Below are positions 29,131 to 41,215 of a DNA stretch of 64,000 nt, in pieces. Numbering within the stretch: the stretch's first letter is position 1; the number at the start of each line of letters is the position of its first letter. Made by a program: the position numbers and the translations under genes. The notes under the pieces are model-generated. The model ran no database searches and was not told where the DNA came from. It was given only the letters and a program-made list of their open reading frames with translations. The stretch lies in NCBI GenBank assembly GCA_013239625.1, contig MU054098.1:248001-312000 (forward strand), read 5' to 3'. The stretch comes from Lama guanicoe (taxonomy: Eukaryota).

Positions 29131-30827
29131 ATGTACAGACAACTTTGTAGTGTTTTCCCTCATTTAAACTCATGTCATATAACAGAGTTGCAGCTTGAAG
29201 GATCGGCAGGATCCACAGTCAGCAAAAGAGAGAAAGAACATCCCAGAAAGAGACAATAATATTGCAGCAAAGACATGAATACCAAAGAGGTTCTTAAGAG
29301 TATGGATTCTATGACTTGAGAGATGTGGGTTCAAATGCCAGCTCTGCCACTTAAGAGTTGTACCACGATTCCCCACTTCCTCAATTAATAGAGTGCAATC
29401 AGTTGGTACATTCCAGGCTCTAACTCTAGAAAACGTGAGATCAATGAAGGTGCAGATGCAGCCAAGCAGACGGTCTTCCAAAATCCACTATGACACACTG
29501 GATGGAGTATTAGAGTGGAAATGTAGTAGAGGGGAGAGGGGAGGGTGTTTAACATACGTAGAAAGTAAGAAGCAGAAAGACTGAAACAGATGGCAAGAGG
29601 AAGACAGGGGAGAGGCTCTACAATTTCATCCGTTCTTGGGTGGGAATTTTAGTTACCACGAAGGAGTGGTATACTATACAATCTCAAACTTTAGCATGCA
29701 CCGCAGATTGCTGGGGCCCACATCCAGAGTTTTTGATTTAGTAGGTCTAGGGTGAAGCTTGATAATTCACAAGTTCCTAGGCAATGCTGATGATCAGCTG
29801 GTTTGAGGACCTTACTTTGAAAATTAATGCTATGATTGGTGCCAAATGGGGCAAAAAAAAAAAAAGGAAAATTCAGTCAGCTTGTTTCTTTGTTCATGTA
29901 CTGACAAATAGCTAGAGTGTTTGTCTCTTGGCATTGACCAAACTGGTTGTTTGTGCTTCTGTACTCCTAATGTTACTCAAGGTAGAGAGGGAGAGAGTAG
30001 TGAGTTATATACAGCTATTGTTTAATGCAGAAAAGAAATGATTTGGCACTTAGAAAATATTGCTAGGTTCAATGACTTATGCTGTTGCCCTTCACCCATT
30101 ATTACCCATCAGCAAGCAAGACACTGAAAACAGTACATATCTATCCCATATTCTCTGTTGGTAAGGGTATGAGAAAACAAGCCTTTTCATATTCTGTACA
30201 TATTCTGTACAGCAATTTATCAATATGTGTAACATTCTAAGTAAGTACTGTTTTGTTTAGCAATTCGACTTCTAGAAAATGATCATATGGAAGAAACTGG
30301 GATACACTGCAAAGATATAGCTACACGGATGTTCATCACAAGTTTAATTTATAAAAGCTCAAACTAGAAACTGCCTAAATGTCTAGCAATGGGGAATTGC
30401 ATAGACACTGGAAAGCTTTGCTGTAGAAGATACCTTAGTGTCAAGAAAATAAATATGGAGGTAGATATTACAGCTGTTATGCATGAGTTTTAGTATTTTG
30501 TGTTTTCTAAAATTTCTTCAATAAACATGTATTGTTTTTTTGGTCAGAAGAAACATTCTCTCTCCAAATCACTTGATACGAATTATATTACAAAGCTTAC
30601 ACATTGTCATTCCTTATATTCAAGATTAGGAATTTGCAGCAAAACTACAGCAAAGTATATAGCCCTTAAATGAAACTGTTTGATTCCCAACACAATGTTA
30701 TTAGTAAGAGAATCTTTACCATCTGTTAATTTGGTTCAGAAAGCAATGCTATATATGAGCCAGAATAGAAACCAATGTTTCCTATATTTCTATAGTGTAT
30801 TTCATTTTCTTTGCATAAGCAACTATT

Positions 30828-30949
30828 TTTCCCCTGATTATCAGCACTTTAAAAAATTTTTTTTAATTGAAGTGCAGTTGATTACAATGTGTCAGTTTCT
30901 GGTGTACAGCACAATGTCCCAGTCGTGCATATACACACATATATTCATA
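30828..30949 (-). mobile_element. Short L1 3' end with extra 3' tag
   Basis: ttttaattgaagt...tacaatgtgtcagtttctggtgtacagc resembles the 3' end of the L1 at 61.9 kb; 13-bp TSD ataagcaactatt at 30815 and 30950. Confidence 0.78.
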
Positions 30950-31139
30950 ATAAGCAACTATTAAATGTAAGAACAGAATTTATTAAATTAAGTTAAAATC
31001 TACCAGCATGGTGATTACCTAAAAATGATAAGTACTGAATAATTATAAACCAATATTTTCAGTGTACCAAAAACAAGCTTAGCTGGATGCAGACTGATAA
31101 TCTGCATCCAAATCTTTAGATCCCAAGTATCAATGGACA

Positions 31140-31172
31140 AGAAACAAGTCACACTTAAGTGTAAAATTTATT
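31140..31172 (-). terminator. Candidate poly(A) signal for the long LUZP4 transcript
   Basis: AATAAA on the minus strand at 31167-31172, followed by a GU/U-rich tract (gtgtgacttgtttcttgt), about 600 nt after the exon 9 stop. Confidence 0.55.
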
Positions 31173-31778
31173 AACTTAATGTGCTCACAGAAAGTGACAG
31201 AACAATTTAAAATTCGTGTCAAAAGTAAAAGCACAAATTCCTTGAAAAAATATAAAAGCTTGAATACAAGTTTAGCATTTTAATAATCAAAGAGTAGAAT
31301 TCAAACTTACTGTCTGAGCTTTTGAGGCACAGAAGGTTTAGTCATCAAAGATATCAATTACCTTGTTCTATTGTCAAAATAGTCTACTTAGGATTCATAT
31401 GTGGGTTCTAGAGCTCAAAGAACAAATTAAACCATAGAAGGAAATTTTGTAATTTTGAAAAGACAAGTACTTCTGAAAATACAGCTATTTTCCTAACATC
31501 TCTCATTCTAAATCACCTTTCTCCTTGCTCACCTTTCTGCTCTTTTATGCAAACAAAGCTAAACATTTTTTTCTTTTATGTAAACACTTAGTTTTGACAG
31601 ATTACTCACATCAAAGCTTACTGAAGGAAAAATACATTAACAAAAGCAATAAAAAGTTACATGTTGAAAAATACATATGCTCTTGAATAAAAGTCACTAC
31701 AATATCTGTTAACAGCAAACTTTTAAGAGGGAAAAACGTTTTAGTCTTCAACATTGGCAACTGGTCCTGGTCTTTTCT

Positions 31779-31823
31779 TCATTTTTTCAGCTTAGAGAAT
31801 CTCTCATGGAGTGAAAGGTTAGT
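31779..31823 (-). CDS. LUZP4: Predicted LUZP4 last coding exon 9 (TNLSLHERFSKLKK*)
   Basis: Strong acceptor tttctctccttcacag|ACT. Peptide aligns to recalled FYTTD1 TGMTLNERFGILK. TGA at 31779-31781. Confidence 0.8.
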   Translation of the reverse strand, partial: TNLSLHERFSKLKK

Positions 31824-32989
31824 CTGTGAAGGAGAGAAATGCTATGACTTCAGAGGGTTAACAATCCACAAAAATATTCGTGTAACTTGATTACTTAAAG
31901 TAGACGGGATAGTTGGAGGAGACTGTGAGTTACAGGAGGAAGAGTGAGTTTGAAGAAACTGCACAGAACTCCTCTCTGCGATCTCGGAAGCATGAAGTAG
32001 TTAGCCAGATCTACACTGTATCACAGAGGCCACCTCTTGGTACTTACAGGCTAAACAGTGGTATGTATCAAAGAAGTTTAGTTGAAGAGTTAGGAGGGAA
32101 AAAGCATACTATCACTCCACAGAGTAAGTGGGTAGGCTCCCACAGTGGGATGAAGGTCAGGCTTACTTCTATGGAGTGGAGATTAAATGCCTCAACTGTG
32201 CTCAGGTATTTGGCAATCTGCCTTGTGACGATACCCCTAGGCCCACGTGACTTCTCACTGGTGCTATTAGTCTACAACCAGATAAAACACCTCAAAGATC
32301 TCCCCAAACTTGACTTCCAGTTTCATCCTTATATAGACTGCCACTAAGTGTAAGTTTCTTTCTCCATCTTTAAAACATATCCTTTTCAATATCACCCCAA
32401 AACCTAAATCAGAAATCAGACTGATACTGCTCTGAGGCTTAGATGGGCTCTATCCATTACTCTATATTGTCTATTTTCTGTGTACGGGTCATATACTTTT
32501 ATGCAGAATACAATCAGAACATGAATGGAATAGGGTGCTCTGATTAATTTAACCTGTTGCTAACTGAAGGTTAGCAGATAACTCTTTTGGTATCAACCTC
32601 AGCTGTCAAAATCATTAAAAATGTGTTAGTATATTATTTTGCTTTAGTACATAGTCTGGTAAACATGGTTGTTTCCTTGGCAAGTGAGAACCATGTTGAG
32701 CCTGAAGGCCACCACAGATGTTAACCTATAGTAAACTGAGCTAAATCCATGTTTAACTTGAAGTTCATTTTCAAAATAATTAATTGAAATTGGCTTATTT
32801 CCTTGACCTCTGTGACTTTCACAAAAGTAGAATACAGGAAGACATTTCTTGTGCATTAAGGGCTCCAAACAGGCTCTGGTTAACCACATATTTTCTATAC
32901 ATAAAAGATATCCTTGTATATACCTAAAACAGATATGAATTCTTTCACATCTTATGAACAAGCTTATTGTGCAATTCTATAACATTTAC

Positions 32990-33110
32990 CTGATTACCAA
33001 CTCCTTGAAAGTTGAATTCCGGGTATCTTCCTCTGTAGTGGTGCTGGGAACTCTTGGTTATATTATGCTTAGCTGTTATGAGTGAAGCTTTAACCCCACA
33101 ACTCTTGTTT
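32990..33110 (-). CDS. LUZP4: Predicted LUZP4 exon 8 ((R)NKSCGVKASLITAKHNITKSSQHHYRGRYPEFNFQGVGNQ), 121 nt, phase 2-0
   Basis: Acceptor cttaattgacag|A, donor CAG|gtaaat. Fully open. RGRYPEFNFQGVGNQ aligns without gaps to recalled FYTTD1 KGVPLQFDINSVGKQ. Confidence 0.8.
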
Positions 33111-33479
33111 CTGTCAATTAAGCATAGTGTTTAATAAAGCCATATTTGACAGCCACTAATTAGGTGAACAACACTGAGCCATTCAACTTAACCTCTCTAG
33201 GTCTCATTTCCACTAGCTATAAAATTAAGAAGGTATATTCAAGAATCTTCAAGGTTTCTTTTAGTAGTATTAAGATTACAAGTATTGAACCTGGGAGTGT
33301 TTGTACAGCATTCAAGCAGATTACATGCATGCATTAATCCAGCCTTTTTTATACTGTCACTTCAAATCCACTAGATAAGTTCTTCCACTGTTTAAATGCC
33401 AAAGCAGTTTTCTTCTTATTTATGTATGTTCATGCCTATAGGCATTGTGGAACAAAAGTAGCCAGAGCTTCCATATAAA

Positions 33480-33715
33480 GAGAAAATGCATTAGTAGTTA
33501 CCTTGGGCTGGAGGGAAGAAAGGAAAGGGAGTAAATGGGAGGGACTACTAAGGGTTCAAGGAGATTCTTTTGGGGATGATGAGTATGTTCTAAAATTAGA
33601 TTATGGTGATGGTGACACAAGTCTGTTAATATACTAAAAACCATTTAGTTGTATACTTTAAATGAGTGAACTTTATAGTACAAAATTATATCTCAATAAA
33701 GTTGTTACCAAAAAA
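33480..33715 (+). mobile_element. Old L1M 3' end
   Basis: tggggatgatgagtatgttctaaaattagattatggtgatgg...aaattatatctcaataaag. Confidence 0.7.
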
Positions 33716-33947
33716 GTAGCTGGAGCATATGGATACATAAAAATTAATACAAAAAGCAGCTGGTTATCCAAAATATTCATTCTGCCACATTGCAGCAGTA
33801 TTCTCTATATAGGATCTCCTGAATGGCTGCTAGTGGGTCTGGTTTTTGCTTTGTCTTGTTATAACAGCTCTTCATGGAAATAAACAGTGCAGATTTTTTT
33901 TTAATGGATAGCTAAATAGTTGGAGGGAAAATGTTTACCACATGTAG

Positions 33948-34284
33948 TGTCTTAGTTTGTTAGGGCTGCTGTCACAAAATACCATAGACTGGGTGGCTTA
34001 TAAACAATGGAAATTAATTCCTTACAGTTCTGAAGGGTGGGCTGCCCAAGAGCAGGCTGCCAGCATGGCCAGGTTCTGATGAATGCTTTCTTCTGGATTG
34101 CAGACTGCCAACTTCCAGCTGTGTCCTCACAGAGTGGAGTGGGTGAGGGAGTTCTGTGGGGTCTCATTTATAAGCACTTATCTCATTGGCTCTACCCTTA
34201 TGACCTAGTCACCTCCCAAAGGCCCTATCTTCTAACATCATCACATACGAATTTTGAGGAGACACAAACATTCAAACCATAGCA
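33948..34284. mobile_element. MLT1A/B-type MaLR solo LTR
   Basis: tgtcttagtttgttagggctgctgtcacaaaataccatagactgggtggctta ... acattcaaaccatagca. Confidence 0.8.
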
Positions 34285-34647
34285 TGTAGTCACATACTAT
34301 CAGAGGTAGAGAATAAAAGCCCGAATGCTGTGTGGTTATCTTGATAGTGTCAGTTAAGCTACTGTAGTCAGCGGTTTTAAATAAGTCAGGTACTTTTTCA
34401 CTATTGCTTTTTTTCTAGTTATAAATACCATTCCTACTAGGATCCAATTGGACCAAAAACAGTGTTTGATTTGGAAAAAACAGAGTGCTCTGAGTAATTA
34501 TTGGTTTCTTAATTAACTTTTAGTCATAATTTCTCTTTCTTTTTCTTTATTTTCTTTGACCACATACTGTAGAATGTGTACATGTTTTTTGATTTATTGA
34601 ACACAATATATTACATTCTTAAAAGTAGATAAGTGTAACATTCTAGA

Positions 34648-35260
34648 TGTGGTAGGCAAAATTCTAAAAATGGCCCTTAAAGAATTCCCTCAGGACTGTG
34701 AATATGATGAGCTAGCACATCCATGAATATATCACCTTATCTGGCAAAAGAGATCATCTGTAATTAAAGTTACTAACCAAATGATTTTAAAATAGGGAAA
34801 TTATGTTGGAGTATCTGAGTTGGCTTAATGTAATCACACAACATAATCAAAAGACTGGGCAGAAGAGGAAGTCAGAATAATTCAGAGATGAGAAGGACAT
34901 GCTGTTGGTGACTTGAAGATGGAGGAGGCCTGCATGAAGGGGAACTCAAGCTGCCTCCAGAAGCAGAGAGGCCCCTGGCTGACAGTCAGCAAGGAAACAG
35001 AAACCTCATTCCCATAACCTCCAGGAGCTGAATTTCCCCAACAACTAGAAAGAGCTTGGAAGCAGATTCTTCCCCAGAGCCTCCAGACAAGAGAGCAATC
35101 CGGGGCCAGCAAATCGATTTCATCTCCGTAAGACCCTCGGTAGAAAACCAGCCAAGCACACCTGGATATCTGAACTGCAGAACTGTGAGATAATAAATGG
35201 GTTCTGGTTTAAGCTGCTGTTTGTGATACTTTATTTCAGCAGCAATAGAAAACGAATACT
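34648..35260. mobile_element. MLT1D/E-type MaLR solo LTR
   Basis: tgtggtaggcaaaattctaaaaatggccc ... cagaactgtgagataataaatg ... cagcagcaatagaaaacgaatac. Confidence 0.8.
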
Positions 35261-35978
35261 CAAGGGTTTTAAAGAATTTAACCTCATCTTTACTTATACT
35301 AGTAGAGACACAATATGTTCGAGCAGAAAGTCCACTGGTTTTATACCTACATAAGCCAAATTTGAATATATTATTTGGAATTTGAATTACATTATTGGTT
35401 ATATGACTTCAAGGAAATTAATACACTCCATTGAACTTACTCATTTATAATACCTACTTCACAGGATTGCTGGGAATTAAATTAAATCACAAATGTAAAA
35501 GGGCTTAGCACAGTGCCTAGCACATAGTAGGCACTCAGTAAATGCTAGCTATTATTATTGATCTGCTTTTATGTCCACAGCTCTTTCAGCCCTTCCACAG
35601 ATGCCTTTGGTTAGACCCATTTTAAAGGCAGTGTAATATCATTCTTCCCTTTCTAGCTGTAGTTCTTAAAGGATACACAAATATTCCGGATAATCATCAC
35701 TGGGCAAAGCCCTCCATGATTAAAAAAACTAAGATCATTTGGAACACTGAAATTTACTTAGTATGTCTAGTACATATTATTATTAAAGAGCAGGAGGATT
35801 TTAATCTTAAGATTGAAAATTAGGAAAATCTTCATGGCACCAAATTCTTCTGGGTGATAATTCCTGCATGCTTTAAGGAGAAAGGATACAACATCAAGAC
35901 ATTTATACTCACCATAGGAAAATGATGGATAGAAATCTCAAATGTAAACATAAAATCAAGCCAGGCAGTTTTACTTAT

Positions 35979-36055
35979 GAATTTTCTGGTTCTACATTAA
36001 GATTGTTTACAGAAATTGTTACGGATTGTTCAGAATCAGGTTCTAGAGGCCCCTC
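35979..36055 (-). pseudogene. LUZP4: Degenerate (pseudo)exon 7 of LUZP4, homologous to the FYTTD1 WRTSTTNGGILTVSIDNP exon
   Basis: Acceptor acttccag|G is intact. The shifted frame encodes PLEPDSEQSVTISVNNLNVEPEN. Entry in phase 2 hits TAG at 36043-36045. The expected donor reads TC|ataagt instead of gtaagt. Length 77 nt (75+2). Confidence 0.68.
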
Positions 36056-36140
36056 CTGGAAGTTATATTCATTCATTTTTGTTTCATTTTTCTCCTAAAA
36101 CTAACTAAATTTAGCTATACAGATATCTGTCTGCAATTAC

Positions 36141-36193
36141 CTTTCACGGCTTCGAAAATTTTCATAGGAGCTGTGGTCATTTTCCGGTGACAT
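36141..36193 (-). CDS. LUZP4: Predicted LUZP4 exon 6 (MSPENDHSSYENFRSRE), 53 nt, phase 0-2
   Basis: Good acceptor cctttcccatttag|ATG, donor AAAG|gtaatt. Open, and phase-compatible with exon 5 upstream and exons 7/8 downstream. Confidence 0.72.
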
Positions 36194-39100
36194 CTAAATG
36201 GGAAAGGTTGAAACAAATTATGCAAAAGCCTTCATTACTCAGCACAAGGTGTTTATTTTCTATATTTTAAATTGACTAACATTTCAGAGACAATATTCTC
36301 TTTGCCTGATCCTCAGTCTAACATTCAATTTCAGATTTCTCTTGTCTATTTGAAGACGTATGAATGTCAAAGACAGTGGACCCTTAGAGATCAAGAAGTC
36401 TAACCCACTCACATAACAAATAAGGAAACAGAGATTCAGAAAAATCAAATGACTTCCCCAAGGCCTTATAGCTGGTAGTGACCCAGAAGAAAATTCTCAA
36501 GATCTTGGTATGGCCTGGATCCACACATTTGTGTGGATCAAGGGGAAAGATAATGATTGTAGATAAAATTCACAAAAGACGTCCTTATAATCTTTATATA
36601 GTAGACTTGCGACCTAGACTGTATTCCAGAGAGCTAGGTATGATGGAGAACTGTATTATCCTAACAACTTAACTTTAGAAAGTCTTACTTCTACCCCAAT
36701 CAGACATTTCAAGTGAAAGTTAGGATTTTTTAATCAATAATTAGCTTAAATGTCTTATTCCTGTAATTACTTTGTGACAAATAGTTTATACCTACATGTG
36801 GTCAATGAAACAAACCAAAGCATAATCAAAACATTCCACTCAAATGCTAATTGGCCCAGATTACGCCACAATTAAATTGGTTTCAGTGCATCCAGTTATA
36901 TGTAGCTGGTGTTTGGTGGTCCAGTTGTTTTCTATATAAAGTCCTAGCTACATTTATAGTTTGCAGTTGGGTTTGGTATTAAGAACCTCACAAATATTAT
37001 AGCAGCCAAGAAATCTGTAGAGCCAATAGATTATAAAAGCACAATAACACATGGTATTCTTAAAAGCTAACGTTTACAGGTCAGATATTCCTTTGTTGGA
37101 AAGTTCACGTTTCGGTTGGAAGCACATATTAATGTTATGTTAGTAGACATGCTATTGAAGACAGCCTTAAATTCAAGATGCGTGTGTGCCTAATGGCAAT
37201 GACTCCATGAGTTAACAGAACCTCACATACCCTCATCCCATACTCTACTGGCAACACTCGTTAACATGGTTCTTGCCAAGAAGTTAAGAAAGATAAGAAT
37301 GCCACTAGAATGTAGGTATAGTTTATATGGAAATGAGTGGCAATCTCAGCAGAGACTGTCCAGAAGCTTAATTAGGTGGTAGAGAAGCCAAAGTTGGAGA
37401 AGTGAGAATAGGAGTCATGGAAATACAGGAAAAACGGGTAGGAATTAGAACTGGAAACTACTGGAAGAAAGGAATTTGAGCTAATGTGGTTATTTCTAAA
37501 ATAAATTGGTCAATGCCACTTCCTTCCTTAAAGTCTCTCAATAGTTCTGCATTGCCCTCAGTAGAGAATCCTTACTCCAGCTTGGTGCATGCTCCATGAT
37601 CTGGCTTCTGTCTCTACCTCTCCACACTCATCTCTCAACAGTTTTGCCCACATACTTTACACTTGAGGTCAATGAGTTTCAAACTATTTTTTAAAGTGAA
37701 AGAACCCTTAGTTCTAATAAAATCTTACTTGGTATCCCAACGTGTAAAATACGGAAAAGCAAAACTGCCTTCTTTGGCTCCTGAGGCACCTCTTCACAAC
37801 CTCCAGAACTCTGAAGTACACAGTTTGAAAACCACTAGAGTCTGGCCAAATGAAGTTAATAGCAGTTTACCAAATATGCCATGCTTTCTTTCACTTCTAG
37901 ACTTTTATACATGACGTTTCCTCTGACTGGAATGCCTTTTCTACCTTTTCTGCTTTTCTTACTCTTACTTGGCCTCTAGGACTCAACTCAAGCACTATCT
38001 CCTCTAGGATGCCTTCCTTGGACCCATCCCCCTAGCTGGTATGGGATTCCCTCCCCGGTGCTGCCACAGTACCTTGGGCACACCTCTGTCTCAGTATTTA
38101 TGTTATGCTTCTCTCTCCCCTTCTCTCTCTCTCCCCTCTTTTTCTCTCCCTTCCTTCCTTCCTTCCTTCCATTCTTCTTTCTTTCTTTTCTTTCTTACTT
38201 TCTTGGAGTAAAGATTCTTTCTCAAGTACATAGCACATTTCTGGCATATAACAGGAGCTCAATAACTGCCAAATGAATAAATGAAATACTACAAAGAAGA
38301 AGACTAAGAAAAGGTCATTGAATTTGACAACAAGGAAGTAAATAAAAATTTTTGATGGCAAAATGTAATAGAATGGTAGGAACTAAAGTGAAATTCAAGA
38401 CATAAATGGACAAACAGAAACACCTGTGAGGTTTTAACTATCTCTGGAAGCTTATTAGGGATTTTGCTCCTATTTAAAAAATATTCATATTTGCCCCTAT
38501 ATTCCTATGGGCATTTCTCAGTTCACATTGAAAATCCCTTCAATAATGAATGAGTGTGTATATATACATATATATGTGTGCTTATATATACATATGTGTA
38601 TAATGATCTGAATCTGAATCAGAATCTGAATCATATAAAATTAATTTGAGTATAAGAACTTTTAAGAAGTCATGTATTTTTAAAATTATCATGTTAATAT
38701 GGCCATAATGAACATCTGGTGATTATAATGAATAATTTGATATAATCATAATAAAGTAGTAAGAACTCCAATTTATAGAATGCTTATCACAATCCAGTCT
38801 ATAGCCTAAAATGTTTACAAATATTTAAATTAATCATCACAACAACCTAAAAGATCAATATTGTTCCCGTTTTATAGCTGAGAAGACAGGCTCGAAGGGA
38901 TTTGCCCATAGTTCCTCAGCTACCACGTTTCATCAAATCTAAGATACCACGATTGTAAAATGTACTGTTATTTTATGTATCAATGAAAAGATTTTAAGTT
39001 CTTAATTTAACTATGATATACCATTGAATACAAGACACTTCTTGACTTCAGAGATAATAAAAAATGAAACAAAAGTATGTCTTAAAATTGATCAAATATG

Positions 39101-40004
39101 ATATTAAGTGGTAGAAATATGATTCCATCCAAGTGTGAATCTAAAGTCCCTGTTATTAACCACTAAACCATAATGCTTAGATCTCTTTAGCCGTCTCATG
39201 GATGTCCTTCTTTCTAATCTCATTTTCAAAGGAAGAAAATTAAGAGTTAGAGCAGGGGCGGTGACTTGCTCATGGTCAAACACAGCTACTAAGTGGATTA
39301 GCCAGGCAGGGAAGTCAAGTCTCTGAGACCCAGACTAGATCTCTTTACAGTATACCACATTGCCATTTAAGCTTGTCTGTCTTTTCCAGTAGGTAGAGGT
39401 ATTGGAAGAAATACCAGAGTGTCATGGTAGGGATAAGTATTAGGCGTTTCATGTAAGAGCTAGCTCTATGAAATTTCAACTAAATCCTTATGTCAAATAC
39501 ATGTGTTATGCATATGGAAGTGTCCAGCAAAATAGAGTTAATTGGCTTAACCAATAAACTATTCACTTCATTTCTTGTAATTGCTGTACATAGATCTTCA
39601 GTAAATAAATAATAAAATAAGGACAATATCCTGGGGATTCAATGGTTGTAAATGATTAAAATAATACATTCTACTAATAAGTTTTCTTTGTATCATCCTT
39701 TCTTTCGCACTTTTGTCCTATGCCAATTTAGAAGCTAAATAATATAAGTTACGATGGGGAGTAATGGAAGATGAGCAGGAAACTTTTGCAAGCAATAAGG
39801 CTGGAAAAACTTGATTTGTGAAGATACATATGATATACGTGGCTTCTTCCTACATTTGATGTTGGTAAACAGGTCTTAAAATGTACTAATAATCATCAAT
39901 ATAAGTAGATGTCAACAAGGACTGCAGAAGGAAAGCCTATTCAAATGAAAAGCTGTACAACCACACAGATTCCCTACTATAAAGTTGAACATGCTGATAC
40001 TTAC

Positions 40005-40086
40005 CCTTCGAATCATGTTCCTTGGGTAATTTCTTTGCTGCATTTTTTTCCATAAGTAATCACTCTTCTTTTTCATTGCAAAAGTC
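40005..40086 (-). CDS. LUZP4: Predicted LUZP4 exon 5 ((R)TFAMKKKSDYLWKKMQQRNYPRNMIRR), 82 nt, phase 2-0
   Basis: Acceptor catatcag|G (weak pyrimidine tract), consensus donor AGG|gtaagt. Open in the phase handed on by exon 4. Basic peptide. Confidence 0.7.
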
Positions 40087-40376
40087 CTGATATGAATCAT
40101 AAATGTGATATGTTAAAAAGCAATCTTTTATTGGAAAGAATTAGTATTTGGACTGTATGTTTTCAAGCAATATTGTTTTATTATGCAAATTTAAACATCT
40201 GATTTAAGACTGGGTATTAGATGTAGTTCAAATCCAGAATAGTGTTTTGATAAGTGATTTTCAGCTTGTAAATTATTACTTACTATGTGCATAACAAAGG
40301 TCAGAAGTTAACCAGGCATATGGCTGAATATTTTTGTTTAAAAATTTTTTTCAGGAATGATGTCAGCAAAGCTGGC

Positions 40377-40600
40377 TGTTATGGACTGAATGTTTTTGTT
40401 TTGCCTTCCCAAATTCATATGTTGAAGCCCTAACTCACAATGTGATGGTATCTAGAGGTGGAGACTTTGAGAGGGAATTAGGTTTAGATGAGGTCCTGAG
40501 GGTGGGGTTCCCGTGATAGGATTAGTGTCCTTATAAGAAGGAAATGAGACCAAACCCAGGAAGCCAGGAAGAAATCTCTTACTAAAACCCACCCATGTTG
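40377..40600. mobile_element. Partial MLT1A-type LTR
   Basis: tgttatggactgaatg...cccaaattcatatgttgaagccctaa...ggattagtgtccttataagaag. Confidence 0.7.
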
Positions 40601-41215
40601 GCTCAACTAAATGGAATCAGACAAATGATGCATGAACAAAATATGAATATCAACAAAGTGAGCAAAACTATAAAAAAAGAGCCAAACAGAAATCCTGGAG
40701 CTGAAAAATACAACTGAAGTGTTCAACAGAAGAGTGGATTAAGCAGAAGAAAAGAATCTGCAAACTTGAAGAAAGGTCATTTGAAATCGAGTCATAGGAG
40801 CTAAAAGAAAAACAAACGAAGAAAAACGAAGAGAGCCTAAAGGACTTATGAGACATTATCAAGCAGGCCAATAGATACATTATGAGAATCCGAGAAGGTG
40901 TGGGGGTGGGCAGAGAGCTTATCTGAAGAGGCGAAAGCAACCCAAATGTCTATCAACAGATAAATGGATAAACAAAATGTGGTATATACACACAATGGAA
41001 TATCATTCAGTCTTGAAAAGGAAGGAAATCCTGTCACCTGTTACTCCATATGTGAACCTTGAAGACATTATCCTAAGTGAAATAAGCTAGTCACAAAAAG
41101 ACAAAAAATGTCCAATTCCATTTACAGGAGATATCTAAAGTAGTCAAATTAATAGAAACAGAAAGTAGAATAGTAGTTACCAGGGGTTGGGGGAGGAGAG
41201 AATGTTAAATATATT
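40600..41215 (+). mobile_element. L1M fragments (ORF1-like 40600-40930 fused to 3' region 40930-41215) in LUZP4 intron 4
   Basis: aaacagaaatcctggagctgaaaaatacaa...agcagaagaaagaatc (ORF1 coiled coil), then caacccaaatgtctatcaacagataaatggataaac (ORF2 end). Confidence 0.75.

Noticed and set aside
31913..32347. 144-aa plus-strand ORF
   Set aside because: Non-ATG start, antisense within LUZP4 intron 8, no recognisable domain.
32644..32961. Minus-strand ORF with WLTRA resembling FYTTD1 RLTRT
   Set aside because: Wrong phase; the true exon 8 homolog lies at 32990-33110.
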